Positions 13,001-26,001 of a DNA stretch of 64,000 nt are shown here, piece after piece. Below the pieces are notes generated by a model. It did not search any database and had not been told where the DNA came from. It saw nothing but the letters and a program-made list of their open reading frames with translations. The stretch covers positions 1-64,000 of the forward strand of contig CAXHJY010001256.1 of the NCBI GenBank assembly GCA_964016885.1. Direction: 5' to 3'. Origin of the DNA: Eledone cirrhosa. Taxonomy: Eukaryota. The position numbers and the translations under genes were made by a program. Each line of letters starts with the position of its first letter. Within the stretch, counting starts at the first letter, position 1.

Positions 13001-15995
13001 GATAGATAGATAGATAGACAGACAGGTTATATAACCAGTTACAGTAGCACCATTTTATTGATAGGTGGCTTTTACAGACTATTTCTATTGTCATTTAGTG
13101 AAATGAGTAAAAAAGAACTACTCCTGTAAACGTCAGCTCTCAATAAAATAAAGTACTTTCTATACTTGATGTAATGAGAATTGAAGTTTAATTCTGGTTC
13201 CCTTCCATTTATTTAACATATAATTCAGTTGTGTGTATTTATATATATATGTGTGTGTGTGTATGCATATATATATATATATATGATCTGTTTTTAGAAG
13301 CATTCAGCAGATATATATTTATTGAAAATTAACTTAGAGTTAGCAACTTCAACACTTGCATTTTGGGGCTATGAAAAATACTCTAACAAATTGGGCATAA
13401 AAGCTCCTGGACAGAAAAAAGTAGACAGCATCACTTGTAGGACTCAAACTCATATCTGTAGCTTTTATGCCCAATTTGTTAGGCTATTTTTCATAGCCAG
13501 GGGGCCAGTAGAGATAATATAATAGTATATTTAATATCAAATGATACATATCATGTATAAATATAGTAAAAAAAATGTATAATATTTATTTATACATAGT
13601 ATATATTATATTATTTATTATATATAAACTAACGATTTTATTTATCATATATTATTTACAATTTGCATGTAGGCAGGTCTCTCTGGAAATATGTTTGGGT
13701 GTGCTGAGGGTGGCCATGAGGGGAACAGTGACCCAAAAAGTTTGAGAATCTCTGAATTAGACTAATAGAGGCTTTCATTTACTGATAGGACACTTAAGAT
13801 CTTAGGATGAACACTACTGATGTCCAGTTGCCATTGAAGAAAAATCAATGCTTAAATAGAATATGAAAGCTAACCTGATTACCTTAATCTTCATTGGCAA
13901 TCTAGACCAACACTTGTGCCATTTTTACAAGAAACTATTTAGTTAATGACTTGTAGTTTCTAGGAAGTTATCCAAGAATACATTCTCTATTGTTTGCTGT
14001 TCTAATTAGTGTTTTATTTTAATACTCTCCAGAATGGTATTTTTGATTTGGCTTTGTTGTTCTTTAACATATTATTTGCTAGGCTGTTTCAAACAGAATA
14101 AAAACTATGCCAAAAGTTTGTCAGTAAAACTAGTACAGGGCAGAGGGTTGGACTAGATGATTTATATTGCCTAATAAGTACAGTATATTTCTAAGTTTGG
14201 AATAACATTCTATGTCATCTCTACAAAGATGAGGAAGTGAGTATGAGTGAATTAACTATATCTCTTGCTTTTCACAAAATCTGGCTTTATATGTTAGATA
14301 TTGCTTTCTATATAAACATAGGAGCACAAACGTTAGCAGAGGAATAGAAACAGTACTTGATTGGAACTGTAATTTTTCAACTGATGAAGGGTAAAAGAAT
14401 TGATCTCAGCAAGAGTTAAATTCATAAAGCATAGGGTGGGTAAAGTGCTTCTGTCCAGCAAATTTCATATAAGATGGGTAAGGTTAGCAGTTAACCAAGC
14501 CTTCAGTTTTGTCAAGGTGTTGGAGCTGAATAAGAGTGTTTAAAGTAGAGAATGGTCATTGGATTTTGTGTCTTTGAATCTTTGTGTGGCTTGGCCTCCA
14601 CATTTAAGGACATTATATTTTAATTACTCATAGAAAGTTTAGAAAGTTCTATATTTGTGTGTGTCTATGAATATGCATTGATATGTGTGTACGCATGGGT
14701 GATTGTATTATGTATGTATTTGCATAACTCTCCTTTGTTTTTGATATATAACAAATGTAGTGAAGGTTGTTGTGGATGTATCTGCCTAGGATCATGCAGG
14801 TTTGTGCTTTCTTTCTTGACTGCACTACTGTTGACAAGTGGCAACCAGTTTGATCCAAAATCTTAAACTCTGCATTCAGTAGAATCATGGGCTACAGATT
14901 ATTATTAATTTGCGATGGTCACTAATGTCCATTAATCTTTGGTTCATTGCTTATAACAATCAGCTGAGCATAGAGCCACTGGAAATCTACACATATCTAT
15001 CTGAAATTGAGTAGCACATGCCCTTCTCAAACCTTCAAAGACCAAATTGAGATTTTGTTGCTATGCCATGCTTCTACCACTGGGTTGCTATGTCATGTCT
15101 AATCCAATGGGTTTTTGTTCCCTCGTGTCTTAGAGCTCATAACTTAGCTCTGACAACACATTGAAGAAATAGTTATGGTCCATTCTTGCCACTAGCACAT
15201 TGTTTGGGTGCCTTTCTTAATTGCCTCTTCTAATTTGCTCACTAGCTCACTCTCGGATTTATTTTTTTGCTAATTGTGTGAAGATTTTAAAGCCAGAAAC
15301 TGTGAACTTCATCTAAGCATTGTATTTTCAAATTTGCTATATTTTTTGTCTTCTTCTCAAAAATGATTAAATATTTATTCAATTATTCTTGAAACAAAAA
15401 ATACACATAAAAAAACAAAACTTTCTTGTTTACTCTTTCTGGTTTTTAACACTGATAATCTTCAAATGTATAAAGCATTGGGTTTTGGGGGTGGTGGGGG
15501 AGAATTGTTGGTTCATATCTTATCACTGGCACTAAGGCTTTGCTCCACACACCTAACAGAATAAGTAAGAATGAACACAGACTGATACATGGTATGCCAA
15601 ATTTAGTGAAAACCAATGAATAATTCAGAATTAACTCTTAATGTCCAGTACCACATGAAACTCTATTAACAAAACATTCTTGAAAAGTACAAATCAGCAC
15701 TATGACTGCATCACATTAAAAATTATAGTCTTTAGTTTACTGCAAATATTCACAATGAACTATTCACTAGTATACTGTAAATATTTGAATTAGTAAACCC
15801 ATTTCAAACTAGTTAAATAGTAGACTATAAACATTTGAATTAGTATACTATAAATATTAGAATTAATAAACCCATTTCTAGATATTTTCTGCTAAATCAT
15901 ATGAGTTAAGTGTGAGGTGGAATCTTTTCACATGAGATAAGAGTAGGAATAATTTGTTCTGACTCTTTTTTTTTTTTTAAACGTTTTCATTGTAG

Positions 15996-16236
15996 AACCT
16001 ATAAAGGATGAGATTGAACCTAGTTCACATACATCAAGAAGTGATTCGTCATCTCGGTTACAAGTTGAACACAAACCGCGCACTAGATCGCCTGTTGTTT
16101 ATTCAAGGAAAGGCACTGCCAGTGGACCAAACTCTAGATCAGCCTCGCCTGCATTATTGCATTCTGTCAACTCCAACAGCAAACTAAAAAACTTCTCAGA
16201 CTTGGCTCAAAGCAACGATTCTTTAAATGAACCATT
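15996..16236 (+). CDS. OCRL: OCRL exon, Ser/Arg-rich linker ([15 protein letters not shown]...QSNDSLNEP)
   Basis: Poly-T tract + TGTAG acceptor, GTAAGT donor, 79 open codons, phase matches the next exon. Not a conserved sequence, so support is splice signals plus frame. Confidence 0.75.
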
Positions 16237-19200
16237 GTAAGTTTTAAACTCCTAAATGGAATTTATTTATTTTGTTGTGTGAGGATTGGCCACTTGTGTC
16301 TTATCATTTTGTTTCATTCTTCAATTTAATTTCCTTATTGTTAGTTAAGTTATCTTATGTCTATTTTTTTATTGCTATTCTATTCAACAAAATATATTGA
16401 GGTAAAATAGGAAAATGTACATTTTGTTGTTTTTTTATTTTGTATTGGTTTGTTCTGAAAAAGTGGTTAATAAGTAATTGCTAGTTGACAACTACAAGAA
16501 AAACGTACAGGGTGGGAACTCCAGGGAGATGACACTCTGGAGAGGAAGAAATGACATAAGTTGTTAGTGTGCAAAATAGGATGGAAGATACAGTAGTGCT
16601 TCAATGGAGGTGATTTTACACCAACCAGTTCCTAGGGGCAGGGTCATTTTAGTAGCTGGAGAAAAGGCCAAGTGAGGAGACAGCACATCTGCATGCTAGA
16701 GGTTGGCTTGTATTAAATTTTGACTTTGTACCAATTAGTAGGTACATTCATTGTACCAATCAGTTAAATGACATTTTAAATATGGTCTGGGATGCCTGTG
16801 TGTATAGCAACAGCATATTCCCGGTGTGAGAACAGTATTCCATTATGGCTTTGTAAAAGGTTAGTAGTTGGGGCCTGAAATATTTTCTGACTTTAACCTT
16901 TTTGTTACCATATTTCTAATGAAATATACAGTGTTTCAATTAATTTTGAAAATACCCAAACATTTGGAGAAATTTAATACAGTAATTAAGTTTTTCATTA
17001 TTAAGTTGATATTCAAACCATTACTTAACAAAAATTTCTAAAATAAAATCATGATGAAAGGTTTGAATATAAACATTTTGAAATGAGCAATTTTGTATCA
17101 TAAATCCAGGCTAGTTTAAGGTTATTTGGTATCAAAAGGTTTAAAGGGGAACACCAGTCTTTGTGATGCAGTCTTGGCTATGTTGAGGTTGTATATTTGC
17201 CTGCAAAGGTATGGCTCCCCAGTCTTAGAAAGCCTGCGAAAGTCTTGGACAGTCGCTTTCTCTAGACCTAACAAGTAACAAAACCATGCCCTAACATCAG
17301 GCTCAACAATATAGATAAATCACACCCACAGAAGACAAATGTTATGAGTTAAATACAATTCTACTATAACATTCACTATATACATAGAATACTTAGTAAA
17401 CTGCTACAGTCATCACTAACAATTGAGTATGACTTAGTTGTATGCACCATGCTTTTACTAAAGGTTTTAGATGACTATGCAGTTGCAAGCAGACTCAAGC
17501 ACACATATGACTCTCCCTCCCATCTTTGATCCAGCAGAACATCCAGAATGTGACAGCAGGAAGGAAAGAAGGCTGCACCAGTATGGGACTGGTACTTTGT
17601 TTATCAATCCAAAAAGGATGAAAGGCAAAATGAACCTCAGCTGAATTTGAACTCAAAACACAGAGATCTAAAACAAATACCCAATGATCAAACAACTCTG
17701 CCAAATCGACTGTCTTATAATATATAGTAAAGAAAGCAAAATGACTCATAAACATACTTAGAACAATCAATGGTGCCTCATTTCACCAACAGACAGGAAC
17801 AACAACAATGGTGTGCAAACATTAGAACAATCATGGACTATGTCAGTCCTACTAGACTCCCAAATCTCTCCATAACAAACCACAATAAGCTACAAAGAAC
17901 ACTAAAAGCACCCTACATATCATATGTTGTACACATACATGTCACACATCAGACCACCTACATAAGGAAAAGAAATACTAAACATTAAAGAGGCCCTGGA
18001 CATATGAGAGGTACAATTTGCTCCTGCATCATGTTTCAACCCTTATAGTTCCTGTCACTACATGAAAAACCACCTACAAACACCCAGGTATATATAAAGC
18101 ACCTCAGAGTGCTACTACAATATCCTAAAAATAGTATCTCGGTCACTCAACCCAGACAAATATAAGGAATACATACACACATACAAATAGCTGCAACGTC
18201 CATAGCTTCACTTCCTCCAAACACTTTGCAGGAATGCACATGGTCAACAATAAAAACAGAGGAATAGCAGCTATTATTCTTTGATAGTCACAACCTTATC
18301 TAACACTGCTGTGACTACTATCAGAATTTACTGGCCTACAGCTCTAGTGATGATGCCATGAAAAATGCATCCAGTAAACTCTGTGAGGTGGTTGGTGATA
18401 AAACCATCCAGAAACCATGCAAGAAAGGGTCAAGAAGACTCTTCAGTTGTATCAAGGGTACTACAACCTCTCTAGTGTTGTTGATTGGAAGGTCATCCAG
18501 CCCTAGAAAACTTACCAAACAAAGGATCAGAGGATTTTTTTGCTGTGTTGTAGGCATGACAACTTCCCTAGTGTCAGTGTCATGATAAAATGCACCTATT
18601 GCACTCTTTAAAGTGTAGTAGTGTATGTATGCGAGAAGCAGGCCCTTGGCCCACCTGAGAGGTTAGTAGCTCTGATTAAGTACTGACTTGATCTGTAACA
18701 ACCTGTCCAACCCTTACTAGCAAGGAAAACAGACATTAAATGATGATGACAGAAATACACTGCAATGTGGAGAGAATTAAATATATCCAGATTGCTATGT
18801 CTCACTTCATACAATTTATCACCGCAGTGTGGTCTTCAGCACAACAGAGACATGGTGATGGATCCATGGATTGTGCTTCATGGTTTAGCTGACTACATGT
18901 ACACTATAGAATTGCTTGATCAGGACTGACTTGGAGCTACACAACAACAATTAACAAAGATTGAAGAATTTTCTCTTGCAATATTTCAGTGTTATTTTTT
19001 TTTTTCTATTATTTTTCTAGAGATGCCTTCAAGAGCGATGATATGGATGGTTACTCACAGAGGCAGACTCCAAGAGAAAATATGGTCAGCCATTTAATGA
19101 TTGATCGTGAAGATGAATATACAAATATGAAAAAAGTCAAGTAAGTTTTCAGCGATTTTGGTTTATTTGTTTGTTTCTTTTTACCTCTTATATCACCCTC

Positions 19201-22200
19201 TGTTCCATTATTCTCCTCTGAGTCTAACTTGGCAACAGCAGCTAAAGTGAGTTGCATATAGAAGTTGTGGGAACTGAGTGATGTGCCCATCAGGAGGGAA
19301 GTGTTGTTGAAACTGAAGGAAAAGGTGCATACTGCATGTAAGAGAAGTACCATGATGTATGGGTGATGAATGTGGAGCAGCATAGAAGGCTGGGAAGAAC
19401 AGAAGTGACAATGTTTTGGTGGACTGGAATAACTATAGCTTAATTGTCTGTCTGTCTCAAAGATGCTCTAAGATTTTTATTTAGCATTCGGGGAACACAA
19501 ATGTATAACAGTGAGTGGGGTGGGGAGGATTTTGTAAAATGCTTTCATTCATACCAGAAACAGTGTTGTCTATCTATTTCCCCACCTTTCTATCTCTTTC
19601 TATCTACCTATCACCATTTCTCACAATGTAATGCAGAACTGCTGATGTCACAATAAAAATGCACCCAGCCCATTCTGTGAAGTGGTGCTGTTAGTGACAT
19701 GAAAATAGCATGCAACCCACACTGTAAAGTGGTAGCGCTGATGCCACAAAAAAAGCACCTGACCCACATTGTAAATAGTGCTGATGCCATGCCATAAAAA
19801 AAGCACCCAGTCCATTTTGTCAGGTGGTAGTGATGTTGCCATGAGAAAACAAACTTGATACACACTGTAAAGTGGTTGGCATTAGGAAGGGTATCCAACC
19901 CTCTAACCAATGCAGGCATAGAAAATAGATATAAAATTGTGATGATGAGGAGGAATTTAACATCAACTGACCTTGTCGTCTATTTACAAAAGTCCTCACT
20001 AGCAGGAAAAGCAAATGTTAAGCAATGATAAGTCCATCTGTTTAGCACAATGTAGTAGTAGTAGTAGGAACATTACCTAATTGTTGTCTTTATTGTTAGT
20101 CGTGGTGGTGGTGTTTTTTATTTGTTTTTATATAAATTTATTTATTTTCTTCAGAGTTTTCTGTGGCACTTGGAATGTGAATGGCCAATCACCAACTATT
20201 CCAATCCATACATGGTTAGCATCTGATTCTGAACCTCCAGATATTTATGCAATTGGGTAAGCATATTGCTCTTCAGATAAAAAAAAAAGCCTATAACAAT
20301 CTTTACGTGCATAAAATAATGATTTTTTTTCTCCCTTGTCCTTAAATGGTTAAACAAATTCGATTTTGACATAATCTTTATCACAGGTTTATTATGCAAC
20401 AATCATAGATTTACAAATAGTCTATAAATACTTAAAATATTTCAGTTTCTGTCAAAAGACACAACTCCACTGCACTCGATATGATCATATGTAATCAGGA
20501 TACAGACCCCTCGGCTTGGTCTATGTAGACCCATCCAACCCTTGTTAAGCAGGGAAAGCAGACATTAAATGATGATGATATATAGATGGAAAAGGGGGTA
20601 AAGTTCCATATAAATGGAAGATTATAAAAACGTGTCTCAGATTTTCTTGAACACTTTTGATGCCAAACCACTTGAAACTGGTCATGGTTCTATGATACTA
20701 AACTGTTTTCTTTAAAGTGCTTGTATTTGTCTAAAAACCACCCATTGTAATTTCATATAAGAACCTTTGTTAAGTTATGTTCCAAACACCAACGGAATAA
20801 TAAGAAAGTTATATTACTTAATCCCTCCAAATTGGTGTTTATTTTTCAAAATTATTTGAAAATTATAAGCAGTCTTTCAACAGAAATATGGTAACAAAAG
20901 GGTTAATGCGTAGCTTTTATAAAACAAATTCTTTTAAAGCGTTGTATTTACTGTCTTAGGTGGTGAATTGGTAGAGTCATTAAAACGTTGGATAGAATGC
21001 TTTACGGTATTCATCCCACCTTATTACACGCTCTTAGTTTAAATCTCGCCAGGTTCAACTTTGTCTTTGTACCAGTACTCTATAAAAAAATTGGCTGTCT
21101 TCAGCCCTAGAGAGGGTTGGGCTCAGCAGGTTTAAAAAGTGCTCTAAACACGCCATATGACAGTGCCTCTACGACTCCACAAGGAGTTATGGGATCTTTA
21201 TCCTTATTAACTGTCTTCCTTATTGTGTGTTGTCTGATGTCTCTGTGCATATCAATAATTCACTGCAATTCACCAGCCTATATCTTCTAAACCAACATTA
21301 TCCTCACACACAACAGGAATTCTACAATATTATAAATACTTCCACTTGTATCTGTATATGCCTCATATATATCTCTGTGTGCTTCTATGTGTGTTTGTGT
21401 ACTATACGAGCAGCATTATGTCAATAAAAATACAAGCACTGGTTGTATATCATTTCTTTATTTTCTGGTTAATTAATTAATCAAAGTAAAATAATGAATC
21501 AATCAAAGAAAATTCCACTGTCCCTGTCTATTGCCTAGCAAAACCAAGTTAAACAATGGTGTTATATGTGTGAGAGTGTGTATGTACAGATGAAGGCATA
21601 GCTGGATGTTTAAGAAATTTGCTTCGTAATTACATGGTTTCAGGTTCTATCTCTCTTTGTAGCACCAACTATAGCCTTTGGCTGGCCAAAAGCTTGAGTA
21701 AATTTTGTAGATGTGTGTATGTGTTTATATCTGTCTTCACTACATATTTGACACTGTTTACACATGTGACAACATTTGTTTATGTCTATATCAGCTGTAT
21801 GTCCTTCACTAAATAATTGCATATTTTCTTTTTCTTTATAAGGTTTCAAGAGTTGGATCTCAGTAAAGAAGCCCTCATTTTTAGTGAATCTCTTAAAGAA
21901 AGAGATTGGCTACAAGAGGTAATATCTGCACTCCATTCGAAAGCTAAATATAAAAAGGTAAGAAAAAAATATAAATAACAAATGTTATTTAATTTTTTTT
22001 TTTTTTTTGTAGTGGAAATAGACATTGCTGTGTGGTTAAGGAGTTCACTTTGTAACTACATGGCTTTGGGTTCACTCTGTGTGGCACCTTAGGCAAGTGT
22101 CTTCTGCTATACTCTTGGGTTGATCAATGCCTTATGAGGGAAATTTGGTAGATGGAAATGGCATAAGCCTACCATATATGTGCGTGTCTGTATTTATGTC

Positions 22201-23044
22201 CCATAAGTTAACAGTTCAACAACAAAAAAAAACCAATAGAATAAGTACCAGACTTGAAAAATTAAGTACTAATGTTGACATAATCAACTAACTGCCACAG
22301 CATGACCACAGCCTAATGACTGGAACCAGTAAAAGAATAGAAAGAACTCTTTCATTAATAGCAGGTCATGAGTCCAGTTAAACCATGTCTGTTGGTATAA
22401 TATAATTACTGTGACAAGATTTTAACAATTAACCCTTTTTGCTGAATGAAGTATATTACATTACAAAACCTCAAAAGCCAAAATGAATGTTTAAACCTTA
22501 TAATTGTTTCTAATTTTAGCACAAAGCCAAATATTTTGCATGGAAGGGAAAGTTGATTATATTGACATAGAAGAATGAATGGCAAAGTTAACATCTGTTA
22601 GATCTGCACTCAAAAAGTAAAGAACTGTAACAGATACTGCTAAGCATTTGTCTGACAATAATGCCAATTCTCTGTCCTTGCAGTCATTATACCACATTGT
22701 AATATAATGATTGGTTTGGTGGATGAGCTGAATATCCATCAGTAAAAAGAAGATAAACAATGACAGAAAATGAAAGCCAGAATGTTGGGTGGGGGTAAGG
22801 ATAAGGGAAAATAAAGAAGTTTGTTATGGAGCCTGTTAACACATGTGGTTGTAAACCTTGCATTGTACTTGTTTTTTCTCCAAAATTATATATGGCATTA
22901 GGAAGTGCATCCAGCTGTAGAAAACCAGCCAGAAACAGTCCTATATGAGCGAGACACGGTCACCCGACCCAACTTGCCTCTAAATGGGACAAACCCATCT
23001 AACCCATGCTAGCATGGAAGATAGACGTTAACCGATGATGATGA

Positions 23045-23086
<42 letters not shown>

Positions 23087-24776
23087 TCAGAACTCTACTA
23101 AAGGTAGATAAATCCAGAACCCTTTGTTTATGGGCTTAAATTGTTTTTTCATCACATAATACAAATAGAAATATTTTTGTTTCATCTATTTAGTTCCCTA
23201 TAACTGCCCTACATAAGGGAATATACCTTTTCTTTACTTGAAAAAAATTTAATTCATCTGTAAATCTAAAAATTTCTGTTAATTAATATAGTATTAATGA
23301 TATCTTTTATTTCTAGGTGAAACTGGTTCGACTTGTTGGTGTAATGTTGATTATATTTGTAACTAAAGAATTAAGCCCTTATGTGAAATATATTGACGCT
23401 GACTATGTAGCAACTGGAATTATGGGACTCTTGGTAAGATACAACCTTTTGATTCAATTTTTATTCAATTAATTACTATCAGTGAATTACAAGCGATTCA
23501 ACACAATTTGTTTATAATAACAACCAGCATTTCAAATCCTATATACCTAGTAGTTATCAGATCAATTTGAAACAAGTTATTACAAGAAATGAAGTTATTA
23601 ACCTCTCACTTGTCATATTTGCTATTCATCATACATATCAGTTCACAGGCTGTGGTGTTTTATTTTTCATGTGCTGGTGACACAACAAAATGCACTCAGT
23701 TCACAGACTTGTCTTATGATGTGGACGACCCGTCTAACCCATGCAAGCATGGAAAATAGACGTTGAACGGTGTTGATATCTGGGTAGACATCCAGTAACC
23801 CAGCCCCACTATGTGTAAGGCTTGGCGTGGCCAACTGGCCAGACCTTCCTCATATTGGGACAACTTGACTCCCAGACTATGGTTCCCTGTCCCTCCTCAT
23901 GATGGTGCCATCCAGTCCACACTGTAAATGTGATTGCAGCTCCCAAACTATTGGTTCTGCTGTGAGCAGACTATGGCGCAGCCATCCAACTGGTCCCTTC
24001 TCGTAAACAGTGCCATCCAGTTCCACACTGTAAATGTGGTTGATGTTAGGAATGGCATCCAGCTGTAAAAAACTCGACCAAATTTATAGTTCCATCTGAG
24101 CAAGGTATGGTGTGGCCAACTAGTCAGACTTGTCTCATGATAAAGATGACCCGTCTAAACCCATGCAAGCATGGAAAATGGATGTTAAAGAGAGAGAGAC
24201 AGGCTGACTGACACAAGTTGTTCCAGATAGCATCATCCAAAATGTTGTGAGCGAGATTCACTCAATCAAAACTATTCAGAAGCCCCTTGGATATGTGTGT
24301 GTGTCGGCTTGCAGTATCAAAATCAATGTGACAAAAGAAAATCTTTAGTATTGTGATTCATCACAGTTACGTCCCTTTATACATGGTCGGCTTTGCCTCT
24401 CACACTCTTCTAAGGTTGATAAAATAAGCAGCAAAGTAAGTGAGGTCAACGCCATCAAATAAAAAATTTTGTTATGGAAACATTGAAGGTGATACTCTAC
24501 CATGACCACAGTTAAATGACTGAAACCAGTAAAAATAAAATAATGAACTTACACTGCTTTGTCTCCCTTATGGAAACTGAAGCTGACATGATCTGAAAAA
24601 GAAGCCTTTTCACTTCCCTCTATTTTATGTTTTTAGAAAAAAAACACATCTGGAGAAGTATTTCCTAAAGTAGGTTCTGTGAAAAAATTTTAGATTTCCA
24701 CAAGATAAGGCTCCTTTTGATAAAAATTTATTTTAAAATATATATATACATGTAGATAGATAATATCTATCTATAT

Positions 24777-24819
<43 letters not shown>

Positions 24820-25515
24820 CCGTTTTATGTCCGTTCTTCCACGCTAGCATGGGTTAGACGGGTTGTCCTGTTGTGGGCAGTGTCTGGTCGGCTGACCATG
24901 CCTTGCTCATACAGGAACTGATTTGGCTTGATTTCTACAGCTGGATGCCCTTCCTATCACCAACCTCATTTACAGTGAGTGCTGGGTGCTTTTTCGTGGC
25001 GCCTACACGTCCACTTTACAGTGTGGGCTGGGTGCTTTTTTGCCGTGGCACCTCCATGACCACCTTGCAGTGGGGGGTGTGGGGGCATATTGTCTATATG
25101 CTTCAGCTTGTACCCATGGGAGGTCGCCAGAGGTCACGGTCGTGTGTCATCGCCTTTGAGAGGTGTAATTGGGTAAGGTCGGCTTTTATCACCTCATCCC
25201 AGGTCATCTTGGGTCTCCCATTCCGCGGTTTCCATCGACTTCTAGTGCTCTGCACCTTTTTATGCAGCTGTATATATATATACACATACTCACTGTAAAT
25301 GAGGTTGATGTTAGAAAGGGCATCCAGCTGTAGAAATCAAGCCAAAATCAGTTCTGTATGAGCAAGACATGGTCACCTGACCTGGCACTGCCCACAACAG
25401 GACAACCCGTCTAACCCGTGCCAGCATGGGAGAATGGACGTAAAATGGTGATGATGACACACACGCACATATATATATTGCCCATGAATGCATCTTTTAA
25501 TAAAGATTTATTGTA

Positions 25516-25557
<42 letters not shown>

Positions 25558-25567
25558 ACACGCACGC

Positions 25568-25606
<39 letters not shown>

Positions 25607-25967
25607 CCTCTCAAAGGCAAAGACACACGACCGTGACTTCTGGCGTCACGCAGTAATACAGAGTACCCGACCTCCCATGGGTACAAGCTGAAGCATATAG
25701 ACAATATGCCCCCACACCCCCCCACCGCAAGGTGGTCGTGGAGGTGCCACGGCAAAAAAGCACCCAGCCCACACTGTAAATGAGGTTGGTGTTAGGAAGG
25801 GCATCCAGCTGTAGAAATCAAGCCAAATCAGTTCCTGTATGAGCAAGGCATGGTCAGCCGACCAGACACTGCCCACAACAGGACAACCTGTCTAACCCAT
25901 GCTAGCGTGGAAGAACGGACGTAAAACGGTGGTGATAATGATGATATGTGTGTGTGTACACGCATGC

Positions 25968-26001
<34 letters not shown>

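Noticed and set aside
13298-13477. Open frame KHSADIYLLKINLELATSTLAF... as a possible PH-domain exon
   Set aside because: No convincing similarity or strong donor.
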